From assembly GCA_036439915.1 (NCBI GenBank), contig GCA_036439915.1_3065.1: a stretch of 64,000 nucleotides of DNA; one strand, given 5' to 3'. The translations under genes and the position numbers were made by a program. The notes beneath the pieces were generated by a model that had not been told where the DNA came from, made no database searches, and was given only the letters and a program-made list of their open reading frames with translations. The DNA comes from a phage. Below are positions 55,234 to 64,000 of the stretch, in pieces (within the stretch, counting starts at the first letter, position 1; each line of letters begins with the position of its first letter).

Positions 55234-55475
55234 TTTCTGTTCCTCCGTAGTTGATAGGGTAATAGTACCACGGAAGAACAGTCTTGTAAACAACTTTTTA
55301 AAAATATTCGTAATAAATGTGAATACCAACTACTACCGCTGAAACCTGTGCAACCCACCACGCGCAAGCAATAAGTACAGAATTCATAATTTTCATAATA
55401 ACCTCATTACAAAAGTAAATGTTAAACAAATTACTGGAATACTAATTAACCAAACAAAACACCACCACAGTGAAC

Positions 55476-55739
55476 TCATAGCTCAATCTCAGCGATTTTC
55501 ATTTCATTACTATTAATAGCCGCTTTAAGACTATCTGAAAGAATTACATTCCAATGGTCATTCATATGACCACTAACTAAGCGTGTAATTTCTTCGGGAG
55601 TTGAAAAATAAGGCGTATCAGACTCCCAATGCGATAATCCTAAGCGAGTATAAATCATACCTTCATCATCGCTAGAATATTCAACTGACACAAACTCATC
55701 AGTTATTTTATGTTTAGCGTAATGAAATTTAAATTTCAT
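55476..55739 (-). CDS. hypothetical protein
   Basis: 87 aa from MKFKFHYAKHK with GGAGGAGCGGAAA RBS. Confidence 0.55.
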   Translation of the reverse strand: MKFKFHYAKHKITDEFVSVEYSSDDEGMIYTRLGLSHWESDTPYFSTPEEITRLVSGHMNDHWNVILSDSLKAAINSNEMKIAEIEL

Positions 55740-55813
55740 TTTCCGCTCCTCCGTAGTTGATAGTTGTATAGTACCACGGTCCTTGTGGTATGTAAACCGT
55801 TTTGTGAAAATTT

Positions 55814-56371
55814 TTAAATGGAAAGATACCATCCGTTGTAGTTGCTTTTTCTTACAACCTTACGAAGGTCTTCTCTGTCACCGATGAACTTCGGAGTGTA
55901 CTGGATGACACCTGGGTGAATTTCTTTAGTGTTGAATATAATTATACAGTCAGCGACTTGATGATTTAGAATGGGCCCTAAATTTATTCCAGAACCATAT
56001 GGATACTCTCCGCTGCATCCCGTTGTTACCGAAATCCAACGCGAGTCAGTTTGATGTGTCTTAACTTCTACACGAAGCCCGCAGTATCTTGGATGCGCCA
56101 ATACATCCCATGCGTATGTATACGGGTCATTAACGTCCTCTTGGCCTTTGTTAACATACCCGCTTAGCCAATCTGCCACAAAAAACTCTGCGTACACCGC
56201 GATACGGCATCTTTCGATAACTTCTGCTTTATCCTGGTTCGGGTTTTGTTTTAAAGAGTATCTTGCTGTATCAGCAATTTTGACCTTCATTTCACTAGTC
56301 AAGTCACTGTTCGATAGGGTAAATGTCGGAATCTGAAATAGTCTCTGTAAACCCGGATTCGTTTTCTGCAT
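55814..56371 (-). CDS. denB: endonuclease IV (position-assigned)
   Basis: 185-aa ORF between the ndd cluster and rIIB; length matches T4 DenB. Confidence 0.7.
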   Translation of the reverse strand: MQKTNPGLQRLFQIPTFTLSNSDLTSEMKVKIADTARYSLKQNPNQDKAEVIERCRIAVYAEFFVADWLSGYVNKGQEDVNDPYTYAWDVLAHPRYCGLRVEVKTHQTDSRWISVTTGCSGEYPYGSGINLGPILNHQVADCIIIFNTKEIHPGVIQYTPKFIGDREDLRKVVRKSNYNGWYLSI

Positions 56372-56633
56372 TTAGACTTTCCTTTTTACCGCTGAGATAA
56401 GCGTTATATACTTTAAGAGTGCCGTAATAAATTCGGTCATTTTCATCTAAAGACTCACGGTCAAGTTCATCGAGTTCCTTTTTATCCATGACTATAACAT
56501 CATTGCAATAAAGAAACCCAAGTTTTTTGTGTCCAAACTCAAATTTATTACAGTACACAATATTAGCGTGATGATTACCATGTAGAGAAATTTCTTTTAT
56601 GTCGGAATCACCGATATTCATACAATAAATCAT
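56304..56633 (-). CDS. hypothetical protein (denB.1 position)
   Basis: 109-aa ORF. Confidence 0.55.
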   Translation of the reverse strand: MIYCMNIGDSDIKEISLHGNHHANIVYCNKFEFGHKKLGFLYCNDVIVMDKKELDELDRESLDENDRIYYGTLKVYNAYLSGKKESLNAENESGFTETISDSDIYPIEQ

Positions 56634-56644
56634 AATTCACCTTA

Positions 56645-56680
56645 AAACAAAAGGGCCGAAGCCCTTATTTTATTTGAATT
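56645..56680. terminator. bidirectional hairpin aagggccgaagccctt
   Basis: GC stem with cgaa loop flanked by T/A runs on both strands; a near-identical hairpin occurs about 220 bp downstream. Confidence 0.6.
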
Positions 56681-56864
56681 GTGCAATTCTTTTCTCTAGA
56701 CACTCAGCATAAGATTTCATTGAGATGAACTGTGAAAGCAGCAGTTCTTGCTCAACTGCACTAACCGTTAGAAACTTTGCGCTTTCTAAAAATTTGCTCA
56801 GTGCATTAATTTTGAGCATTAATTGGTCGTATTCTTCTTTTACTCGTGCTTGATAACCTAACAT
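56670..56864 (-). CDS. hypothetical protein
   Basis: 64-aa ORF between rIIB and denB.1. Confidence 0.5.
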   Translation of the reverse strand: MLGYQARVKEEYDQLMLKINALSKFLESAKFLTVSAVEQELLLSQFISMKSYAECLEKRIAQFK

Positions 56865-56892
56865 AATTTTCCTTAGTTAAGGGCCGAAGCCC

Positions 56893-57831
56893 TTATTTAA
56901 ATTGTTCAGTAACGTCTTCAATTACTTCGTATTGGCAGGTACGCATTTTAGCGTCGTTGTAATCAATCGGAATTGATACTACATCACGAGGATGAACTTT
57001 AACTTTTACAACTCGGCTGGTTGAACCACCGAAGTGACGAATATAAGATTTAGAACACACATGCAGACCACGAGAACAAGTTTGTGTATCATCGTCATTC
57101 ACACGAGTACGCGGCATTTTAACTACTTTACCAGGACTGTTATCAAAGGTATTTGAGTGACAGTCAAAGTAATTGCTACGAACTACTTTCCAAGCATAGA
57201 AGTAACCATCTTCTGTAATTTCAATATCGTTTGCTACCAAGAAATCAAAAAGTCGAGATACCGCTTTCTGGCTTGGGTTTTCCAGCAGATTTTCCAAGAA
57301 CGGAAAATAAAATTCAAAGTTTTCGCCTTTTTCCATCGAATCAAGAATACGATCAACCAAACCAGACCGCAATTCAATATTTTGATAGAATAAGCTTCCA
57401 CCTTCAATTCGAACTTCGCCGGAAATATATTTTTCAACAGCGCGACGAACATTAATTTTTTGTGCCGCTTCTTCCAGCTTATCCGCTACAAGCAGATTGA
57501 GAATTTCCTGGAAGTTTGAATGAGTATTAGGCGTTGCATTATAAGTTACACCATCAACAGTAATCGAAATGAATTTTTTAGATGCATTCCAAATAATGTC
57601 AGATTTAGCAACTGGAGCAATAACTGCATCGCTATTAACTTTAACTGTAATATCACCGCTAATAGTAATTTTAGAGTGTTTAGCTTCTTCAGCATTTTTC
57701 AAAACACGACGGATTGTATCAACCGATACACCTTGCCAATCAGCCAATTCTTGCTGAGTATAATTACCGCTTGAATACAGTTTAACAATTTCAGCTTGTT
57801 CATTTTTGGTCAGGCATTTAATATTGTACAT
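56893..57831 (-). CDS. rIIB: rIIB membrane-associated protein
   Basis: 312-aa ORF, same length as T4 rIIB. Confidence 0.9.
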   Translation of the reverse strand: MYNIKCLTKNEQAEIVKLYSSGNYTQQELADWQGVSVDTIRRVLKNAEEAKHSKITISGDITVKVNSDAVIAPVAKSDIIWNASKKFISITVDGVTYNATPNTHSNFQEILNLLVADKLEEAAQKINVRRAVEKYISGEVRIEGGSLFYQNIELRSGLVDRILDSMEKGENFEFYFPFLENLLENPSQKAVSRLFDFLVANDIEITEDGYFYAWKVVRSNYFDCHSNTFDNSPGKVVKMPRTRVNDDDTQTCSRGLHVCSKSYIRHFGGSTSRVVKVKVHPRDVVSIPIDYNDAKMRTCQYEVIEDVTEQFK

Positions 57832-57842
57832 AATTTTCCTTA

Positions 57843-60020
57843 TTAGGCCGCAAGGGCCTTCATAGTTTTAGCGATTTGGGAGACTTCATCATCGCTTAAA
57901 GAGCTGCGATAACCGATGAAGTCGGAAACAATACGGAATTTCTTGGTAAACTCAGCAACCATTTTATCACTGTTTTTTGAAGCATTATTTGATAATACAT
58001 CAAAAAGATTAGTTACTGTCCAGATGTCATGACCGATGGTATCTTTTCCACCATTAAAATATACACCGCGCAATGAACTAACTATATTAGCGAGTCGTGT
58101 ATATTCTTCAGAAACTTCATCTGTACTGAAGTACTTCATCATAAAATCTAATTCAGGATGCTTGATAATTTTATCAATATATCGTTGAGCTGAACTTGAA
58201 TAACCTACATACTTATCATAATCTACATCATCAAAAGCATCTACATATAAATCACGCAAAGCTTCAAAAATACATTGGCACTGACCGAGTTCTTTTACCT
58301 TTTTCTGTAAAAGCGGACGAATAACATAAAATTCATTAATGCCAATAAGATTAGCCATACGAATCAAAATATTCATAGATGGATGACAAAGCGATGTAGT
58401 ACCATCCATAGAGAAAATATCAGAACGATGCATGTACGCTACATAACCAGTAATTTCATCTGCTTCTGACGTAAGTGTAAATAGTTCCTCTTTTTCCCAT
58501 CGCCCATCTTTAATTTCAAACTTAAATGCTGTAGCAGCTTTAGGACGAGGAGCTTTACTTTTAACTACCTTTGGAATATAGCTTTTAACTAAAGCTTCAA
58601 TTTCTGACAAATAATGAATGTTAACTTCATCACTTTCAAACATTGCCATAATATCAGGTAGTAAATCAATCTGCGATTCTACTTCCGGATTAATAAACAG
58701 AAGACGCTCATTGTGATGAATATTTAAAGTGTTATTAAATTCACTATCATCTAGCGCATGTGCTAATCCACGGACAATATTAACACGATTTTTAATATTA
58801 TCAATAACAATATTAATTTTTGTTGTATTAATGCCAAACAGACGATAACTTGATGCAACGGCTGAAGTTTCATGACTTTGCTTAATGCGTTTCAGTCGAG
58901 GGTCAAGATTTACTTCATACACCACGCCTGCATTACATAACTTACTGTCAGGTTCAAACATGCTCTGCATCTTTTTATATGACAGATTTTTAGTCGTGAA
59001 TTTGACTGAATTACTAATCATATAATCTCGAGCAGAATACCCCATCTTCATCAATTCACGATATGTGTGACGGGGAGATGTAGATTCTTTAAATCGTTTT
59101 ACATCTTCATTAAATGCTTTCTCACTAAGCTCTTTAACTCGTTCAATAATATTTTTACGAGTACGATCATCCAATGAAAGAGCTTCACGTGATGGAGCAA
59201 TATCAAGTGAACCCATTGGAAACTTAATGTAATTCACTTCATTGCGAATGCTTAGCCAGTTACGGTCTCTAATAACACCATCGATAGGATAAACAATACC
59301 GCCGTAGATAGCATATAATCCACCACGATCTGGCCAGTATCTTTCTGGATTTACACCGTAATAATCATCAAAATCCGGAAAATAATCAATTTCACGGTCA
59401 AGACCATTAATAATAGCCAAATCTTTGAACGGTCGCATGATATAAGAAACTTCATAAGCAAAGTTTCTAAAGTCTTTTTCTTCAACTGGAACTACGATTT
59501 CAATACCAGTTTTATCATCTGGACCCATTTCTTTCACGAATGTAGGTTTAATTTGTGGACCATCGCCATCCATGTAAGCTACATAACCACGAATTTCACC
59601 TTTATGATACGAAGTAATACTAAATGTATCAGTATAACTAAACGGAGATTTAGAACCTAAACCAAATCCGCCAATGAAATCGTTAGATTCAGCCTTAGAT
59701 GAACTGAAGTATGAATTATACAAACCAGGAGAATTATCATCACCTTGAATATCAAAATCACTCATACCCGGACCAAAATCTCGGCAAACAAATCGTGGAT
59801 CTAAACGTCCAGGAACTTGAATGATAAATTTTTCAGGATTTCCATTGAGTGCATGGGCATCAATCATGTTAGTAATCAATTCACGGACTACTGCGCGAAT
59901 TTTGTTTGTATACAAATCAGATGACAGAATTTTAAATACTTTAGGAGATGCTGTGATGCTAAATGCTTTTGATTTAGAACCATTACCAAGAATTGTTTCT
60001 TTTTCAGTGGTGATAATCAT
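57843..60020 (-). CDS. rIIA: rIIA protein
   Basis: 725-aa ORF, same length as T4 rIIA. Confidence 0.9.
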   Translation of the reverse strand: MIITTEKETILGNGSKSKAFSITASPKVFKILSSDLYTNKIRAVVRELITNMIDAHALNGNPEKFIIQVPGRLDPRFVCRDFGPGMSDFDIQGDDNSPGLYNSYFSSSKAESNDFIGGFGLGSKSPFSYTDTFSITSYHKGEIRGYVAYMDGDGPQIKPTFVKEMGPDDKTGIEIVVPVEEKDFRNFAYEVSYIMRPFKDLAIINGLDREIDYFPDFDDYYGVNPERYWPDRGGLYAIYGGIVYPIDGVIRDRNWLSIRNEVNYIKFPMGSLDIAPSREALSLDDRTRKNIIERVKELSEKAFNEDVKRFKESTSPRHTYRELMKMGYSARDYMISNSVKFTTKNLSYKKMQSMFEPDSKLCNAGVVYEVNLDPRLKRIKQSHETSAVASSYRLFGINTTKINIVIDNIKNRVNIVRGLAHALDDSEFNNTLNIHHNERLLFINPEVESQIDLLPDIMAMFESDEVNIHYLSEIEALVKSYIPKVVKSKAPRPKAATAFKFEIKDGRWEKEELFTLTSEADEITGYVAYMHRSDIFSMDGTTSLCHPSMNILIRMANLIGINEFYVIRPLLQKKVKELGQCQCIFEALRDLYVDAFDDVDYDKYVGYSSSAQRYIDKIIKHPELDFMMKYFSTDEVSEEYTRLANIVSSLRGVYFNGGKDTIGHDIWTVTNLFDVLSNNASKNSDKMVAEFTKKFRIVSDFIGYRSSLSDDEVSQIAKTMKALAA

Positions 60021-60030
60021 AATTTCCTCA

Positions 60031-60234
60031 TTAATTCATATTACGCTTAATAACTTCAGCAACTTCTAGTAGTTCATCTTTAGTTGCGGTGTCGGATTGA
60101 ATTTTATCTCTAATATCTTTAAAGCGGTTTTTAAATTCTTCGGCTTCTCCCATATCGAAAAAGCGTTGAATGATTCTATATTCTCGATGAACTGCTTTAT
60201 CAAAAAGTTCTAAATTTACTTTATATGATTTCAT
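60031..60234 (-). CDS. hypothetical protein (rIIA.1 position)
   Basis: 67-aa ORF. Confidence 0.6.
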   Translation of the reverse strand: MKSYKVNLELFDKAVHREYRIIQRFFDMGEAEEFKNRFKDIRDKIQSDTATKDELLEVAEVIKRNMN

Positions 60235-60288
60235 TCCAATATCCTCATTTGCCCAATTAATTATACCACATCCTTGTGGTAAAGTAAA

Positions 60289-62109
60289 CTACTGGCTCAT
60301 CCATTCTTTACGAAGGTCAGCATTATCTCCCATGAGCATTTCAAAAAGCTCTTTCCAGTTCTCAGGAAGTTTAACAACATCATATACTGGGTTTTGAATC
60401 ATCTCACGATATTCAGATTTTTCCAAAGAGCCAAGTCCCTTAATATAACGGATGCTATGTTTAGGTAGAGCATCTTTGGCACTCTCATATTCAGCGACTG
60501 TATAAAACCATTCTTGTTTTTTACCGACCTGAGCGATGATTACAGGAGTTTTGACAAAGCGAATTCTTCCTTGTTCAAACAGTTCTGGCCAATTACTAAA
60601 AAATCCGAGCAGAGAAGGATAAATGCTTCCTAAACCATCATGGTCAGCATCGGTCATAATAGCAATATTATGATAATTCAAGTTTTCAGCTTTTTCACCA
60701 AGAACTAATCCAGTGATTGCGCAAATATCAAATAGTTCTTTGTTTTTAAGCATATCAGCATATGACATACCCCAACTGTTGAGAACTTTACCACGCAATG
60801 GATAACCACCATGAAGTTCTTTATCACGAACATCAATAAGATATCCGATAGCAGAATCACCCTCAGTCAAGAAAAGAGTAGTGTCAGCATCTTTACCACA
60901 AAGATTCGCTTTGATATGTTTATGAACCTTAGCTTTAGAAGCCTTTTTAGCTGCTTTAGTTTCTGCTGCTTTTTCTGCTGCTAATTTACGTGCTAAAGCA
61001 GCTTCAATAATCGGCATTAAAATTGCTTCATTATTTAGAATAGCGCGTGAAATCTTTTTAGCATCAAGTTGAATATGACTACGAATTTCACCAAAAGGAG
61101 AAGTAAGTCGTTCTTTAGTTTGAGAATCAAATCGCATGTTTTTCATATCACGAACAAACATAACGATAGTCAAACATTCTTTGACACGTGCTTTAGTTAC
61201 ATCAATTTTGAACTTACGTTTGATTTGTGGAATAAGGTCTTCACAAATATCATCCATAACACAGTCAATGTGATGGCCACCATTCTTAGTGTGAATGTTA
61301 TTCACATAAGTTAATTGACGAAAACCATCAGGTGAACGACCAACCGCAATAGAACAATTTTCTTGTTCTTGAACAATAGCATGTTCATCATACTGCCGTG
61401 CATATTTCTTAAAATTGCCCTGAACCTTTTTACCATTAAAAGTAAATTGAATATCAGGATAAACAACAGCAAGTGTCTGAAGACGATCTAGTGTAATGTC
61501 AAGATAAACTTGGGACAGCTCATTAGTTTCAAATGACATAAAATCAGGAATGAAAGTAACACGAGTTCCTTTCCATTTTCCTGGAATAGTTTCCCATGAT
61601 TTATTTTCCATGCCATTTGAACAACGAACTACAATATTATTTTGACCATCGCCAGTTTCACCGACAAACATCACAGAAAAAATGTTAGTTAAACTAGAAC
61701 CAACACCATTCATACCACCGGTGACACGTTCTTTATCATCACCAAAGTTACCACCTGCTTTTGGAATAGTCCAGGCAGCAACAGGACCAGGAATTTCTTC
61801 ACCGGTAGGTGTTTTAACCATCGCTTGTGGAATACCACGACCGTTATCTTCAACTGTTACCTGATTATTTTTAATGGTAACATTAATTTTATTCGCGAAT
61901 TTAAACTTAGTACGAATACCTTCATCGACTGAGTTATCGATAATTTCATCAATAAGCTTAACAAGACCAGGTACATACTGAACACTTTCCCATTTACCAA
62001 ACAGAAAGCGCTCATGCATTTCATTAGCAGAAGAGCCAATATACATGCCGCTACGCTTTTTGATATGTTCAATATCGCTCAGAATTTTAATTTCATTCTT
62101 AATCATCAC
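60289..62109 (-). CDS. 39: DNA topoisomerase II large subunit, uninterrupted
   Basis: 606-aa ORF spanning the ATPase and the region T4 encodes in gene 60. Confidence 0.93.
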   Translation of the reverse strand: MMIKNEIKILSDIEHIKKRSGMYIGSSANEMHERFLFGKWESVQYVPGLVKLIDEIIDNSVDEGIRTKFKFANKINVTIKNNQVTVEDNGRGIPQAMVKTPTGEEIPGPVAAWTIPKAGGNFGDDKERVTGGMNGVGSSLTNIFSVMFVGETGDGQNNIVVRCSNGMENKSWETIPGKWKGTRVTFIPDFMSFETNELSQVYLDITLDRLQTLAVVYPDIQFTFNGKKVQGNFKKYARQYDEHAIVQEQENCSIAVGRSPDGFRQLTYVNNIHTKNGGHHIDCVMDDICEDLIPQIKRKFKIDVTKARVKECLTIVMFVRDMKNMRFDSQTKERLTSPFGEIRSHIQLDAKKISRAILNNEAILMPIIEAALARKLAAEKAAETKAAKKASKAKVHKHIKANLCGKDADTTLFLTEGDSAIGYLIDVRDKELHGGYPLRGKVLNSWGMSYADMLKNKELFDICAITGLVLGEKAENLNYHNIAIMTDADHDGLGSIYPSLLGFFSNWPELFEQGRIRFVKTPVIIAQVGKKQEWFYTVAEYESAKDALPKHSIRYIKGLGSLEKSEYREMIQNPVYDVVKLPENWKELFEMLMGDNADLRKEWMSQ

Positions 62110-62154
62110 TTATCCTCGTTTGGTTTCGGGAATATTATACTCCGGCAATCATAA

Positions 62155-62185
62155 AGCTAAAGGCCCGAAGGCCTTTTATTTAAAA
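62155..62185. terminator. GC hairpin aaaggcccgaaggccttt
   Basis: perfect inverted repeat with flanking T/A tracts, between lipoprotein ORF and gene 39. Confidence 0.55.
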
Positions 62186-62445
62186 CGAATAGTTGAATCC
62201 TTAAAGAACAGCCCAGAACATACTGTTCCTTCTACTTTCTGCCCGGTAGGTCCAATAGCACGAAATCCAGTATGTTGGAAATCATTTTCAGAGCAACCGA
62301 ACCAGTTATATCCAGTGATTTCAATATTCGTAAAACCACTTGATGATAAAATTTTAGTTGCATTATCAGCATCAGTACATCCTACTAAAGATACTGCTAA
62401 TACTAATGCTGCAATAGAACGATTAATATATTTCATAATTTTCAC
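62176..62445 (-). CDS. putative lipoprotein
   Basis: 89-aa ORF; signal peptide with lipobox LVGC. Confidence 0.6.
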   Translation of the reverse strand: MKIMKYINRSIAALVLAVSLVGCTDADNATKILSSSGFTNIEITGYNWFGCSENDFQHTGFRAIGPTGQKVEGTVCSGLFFKDSTIRFK

Positions 62446-62813
62446 TTAAATTTAATGGCTTGAAGAAGACTAATAATTCTCAAACGACTTCTTTCATCTT
62501 TAACTGTAAAAGAAAGAGGGTCGCCAGATTTCATAGTAATAGTGCATTCAAAATCAAAGTTTTCTGTAACTTCTTCAAAGAAGTCAAATTCTTCATCATA
62601 AATTAGAACACTACTTTGCATACTATGAAGAGTTTTTCCATCATTTCCAGTTGCTGTACCAATCATCGTAACATTACGACCTTTCATATCTTCAACGATA
62701 AATTCGCTTGTCGATATTACAACATTAATAGAACTATTTCTATGAATAGCAGAAAATAGAAATTTCTTTTCTTCACCTTCACGAATACGATATTTCTTAC
62801 CGATTTTAAACAT
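62442..62813 (-). CDS. hypothetical protein
   Basis: 123-aa ORF. Confidence 0.6.
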   Translation of the reverse strand: MFKIGKKYRIREGEEKKFLFSAIHRNSSINVVISTSEFIVEDMKGRNVTMIGTATGNDGKTLHSMQSSVLIYDEEFDFFEEVTENFDFECTITMKSGDPLSFTVKDERSRLRIISLLQAIKFK

Positions 62814-62815
62814 AA

Positions 62816-62992
62816 TTATCCCTTAAGTAAGTCGTAAAATCCGCCATTCACATGCTTAGGAGCAGAAGGCCGACGAGTAGACAAACGATGACATTTAGGG
62901 CAAACATCATTTTCTCGTTCAGAAATCTTTTTAATTTTTTCATATTCATGCCCGCAATCTTCGGATTGGCATTTATAATCATACATTGGCAT
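62816..62992 (-). CDS. FmdB-like zinc-ribbon small protein
   Basis: manually translated 58-aa ORF MPMYDYKCQSEDCGHEYE...CPKCH; two CxxC pairs. Confidence 0.5.
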   Translation of the reverse strand: MPMYDYKCQSEDCGHEYEKIKKISERENDVCPKCHRLSTRRPSAPKHVNGGFYDLLKG

Positions 62993-62994
62993 AA

Positions 62995-63420
62995 TTATTC
63001 CTTAAAATGGGCTTTCAGCATCTGATACAAAGACCACGCCTGTTCATTATTTTCAATAGTAACTTTCATGACCGGGAATTCTGTGAAATCTTCTATCTGT
63101 TCTTGCTCTTTCTCTTCCTGCTCTTGCTCTTCGGCTGCCTGGTATGGATTTTCCACTTCATCAAAGAACACAGCTTCGCTCGTTGAAAGCCAGATAAAAT
63201 CTTCATCCAAAATATCTTTATCAGAAGATAACGCCAATTTTCCACTAGATGTCACAAGTTTAGTAGGACGACCAAGATAGTCAATATCTGTAACTCTAAA
63301 AGGTTCCATACCAAGACGACGTGCATAAATTCCGTTTTCAGTATGGTCCTTGATAAAATCTTCTTGAGCTTGTTTATTTTTAAATTGATACCATTTATTA
63401 ACTTCAAATTTAATAGCCAT
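62995..63420 (-). CDS. hypothetical acidic protein
   Basis: 141-aa ORF with [12 protein letters not shown] tract. Confidence 0.6.
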   Translation of the reverse strand: MAIKFEVNKWYQFKNKQAQEDFIKDHTENGIYARRLGMEPFRVTDIDYLGRPTKLVTSSGKLALSSDKDILDEDFIWLSTSEAVFFDEVENPYQAAEEQEQEEKEQEQIEDFTEFPVMKVTIENNEQAWSLYQMLKAHFKE

Positions 63421-63635
63421 TAATAAGTTTCCTTCCAGTAAGTTGTGCCATCTTCAGTAATTTCACGGAATACACCATAAATCGGTTGTTTATCACCAAC
63501 CTTTTCATACACATAAACCGAAGTCAAATGAGTAAACTTATTAGTATGTTCCTTTTGAACTACTACAAGATTTGGATCAAATAATACATCTTCAAATTCG
63601 TCATTAGTGCAATTCTGAACAATTTTACGTTTCAT
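63420..63635 (-). CDS. hypothetical protein
   Basis: 71-aa ORF. Confidence 0.55.
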   Translation of the reverse strand: MKRKIVQNCTNDEFEDVLFDPNLVVVQKEHTNKFTHLTSVYVYEKVGDKQPIYGVFREITEDGTTYWKETY

Positions 63636-63648
63636 TACAATTTCCTCA

Positions 63649-63930
63649 TTAATTGAACAGTGGAGCGATGCGTTTCAGAAGAGTAGCAGCACCTTTAGCG
63701 AATTTTACATCATGAAAAACAGTTTCTTCTTCCGTTACAACACGAGCTTTAATGTTTTCACAATCCCAATTTTTGCGAACAATCTTCAAAAGCTGCAGTA
63801 AATCTTTACATTCAGCAATATCGATAACACATCCACGAGAATCTTCCATTATCGCACGATAACCGTAAGCCATACCATAATCGTTGAAAGATTGCTCGAT
63901 GATAATTAAGTTTTCCATTTTATTCTCCAA
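63649..63930 (-). CDS. hypothetical protein
   Basis: 93-aa ORF followed upstream by early-promoter-like sequence. Confidence 0.6.
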   Translation of the reverse strand: MENKMENLIIIEQSFNDYGMAYGYRAIMEDSRGCVIDIAECKDLLQLLKIVRKNWDCENIKARVVTEEETVFHDVKFAKGAATLLKRIAPLFN

Positions 63931-64000
63931 GTTATTTTCTGTATCAGTAGTTGATATTGATATAGTACCATAATCAACTACTGATGTATATAGTTTTATG

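Noticed and set aside
55120-55832. Apparent shared N-terminal peptide GTI(T/Q)LSTTEE(Q/R)KMK in two ORF-track proteins
   Set aside because: The shared peptide is the in-frame translation of the conserved early-promoter/5'-UTR box upstream of the real start codons (MKKIV..., MKFKF...), not protein homology.
60031-60288. Looked for a gene 60 translational-bypass (hop) element and mob gene next to gene 39
   Set aside because: Gene 39 is one continuous 606-aa ORF. The adjacent 67-aa ORF and the about 55-bp spacer leave no room for a split or bypass element.

Overview
This 64-kb window is a contiguous segment of a T-even (T4-like, Tevenvirinae) coliphage genome. Gene order on the + strand runs uvsW, uvsY, baseplate hub genes 25-26-51-27-28-29-48-54, two tandem alt-like genes, DNA ligase (30), the 30.x ORF block, rIII, 31, cd, pseT, spanins, alc, rnlA, denA, nrdB, nrdA, td, frd, 32, 59, 33, dsbA, rnh, long-tail-fibre genes 34-35-36-37-38, holin t, asiA, arn, motA, 52, ac/stp, ndd, denB, rIIB, rIIA and topoisomerase gene 39. 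All calls rest on my recall of T4 reference proteins, ORF lengths and synteny; no database search was run. The phage is not T4 itself: td and nrdB are intron-less, there is no mobE between nrdA and nrdB, gene 39 is unsplit, and gp37/gp38 are of the T2 type. I did not find a convincing, previously undescribed multi-gene system. The most interesting departures from the T4 layout are a second full-length Alt-like ADP-ribosyltransferase, a 115-aa ORF inserted between frd and td, and a 240-bp GC-rich noncoding stretch between rIII and 30.9. No tRNA, rRNA, CRISPR array or homing-endonuclease gene was seen. Many small ORFs are called by position and length only.
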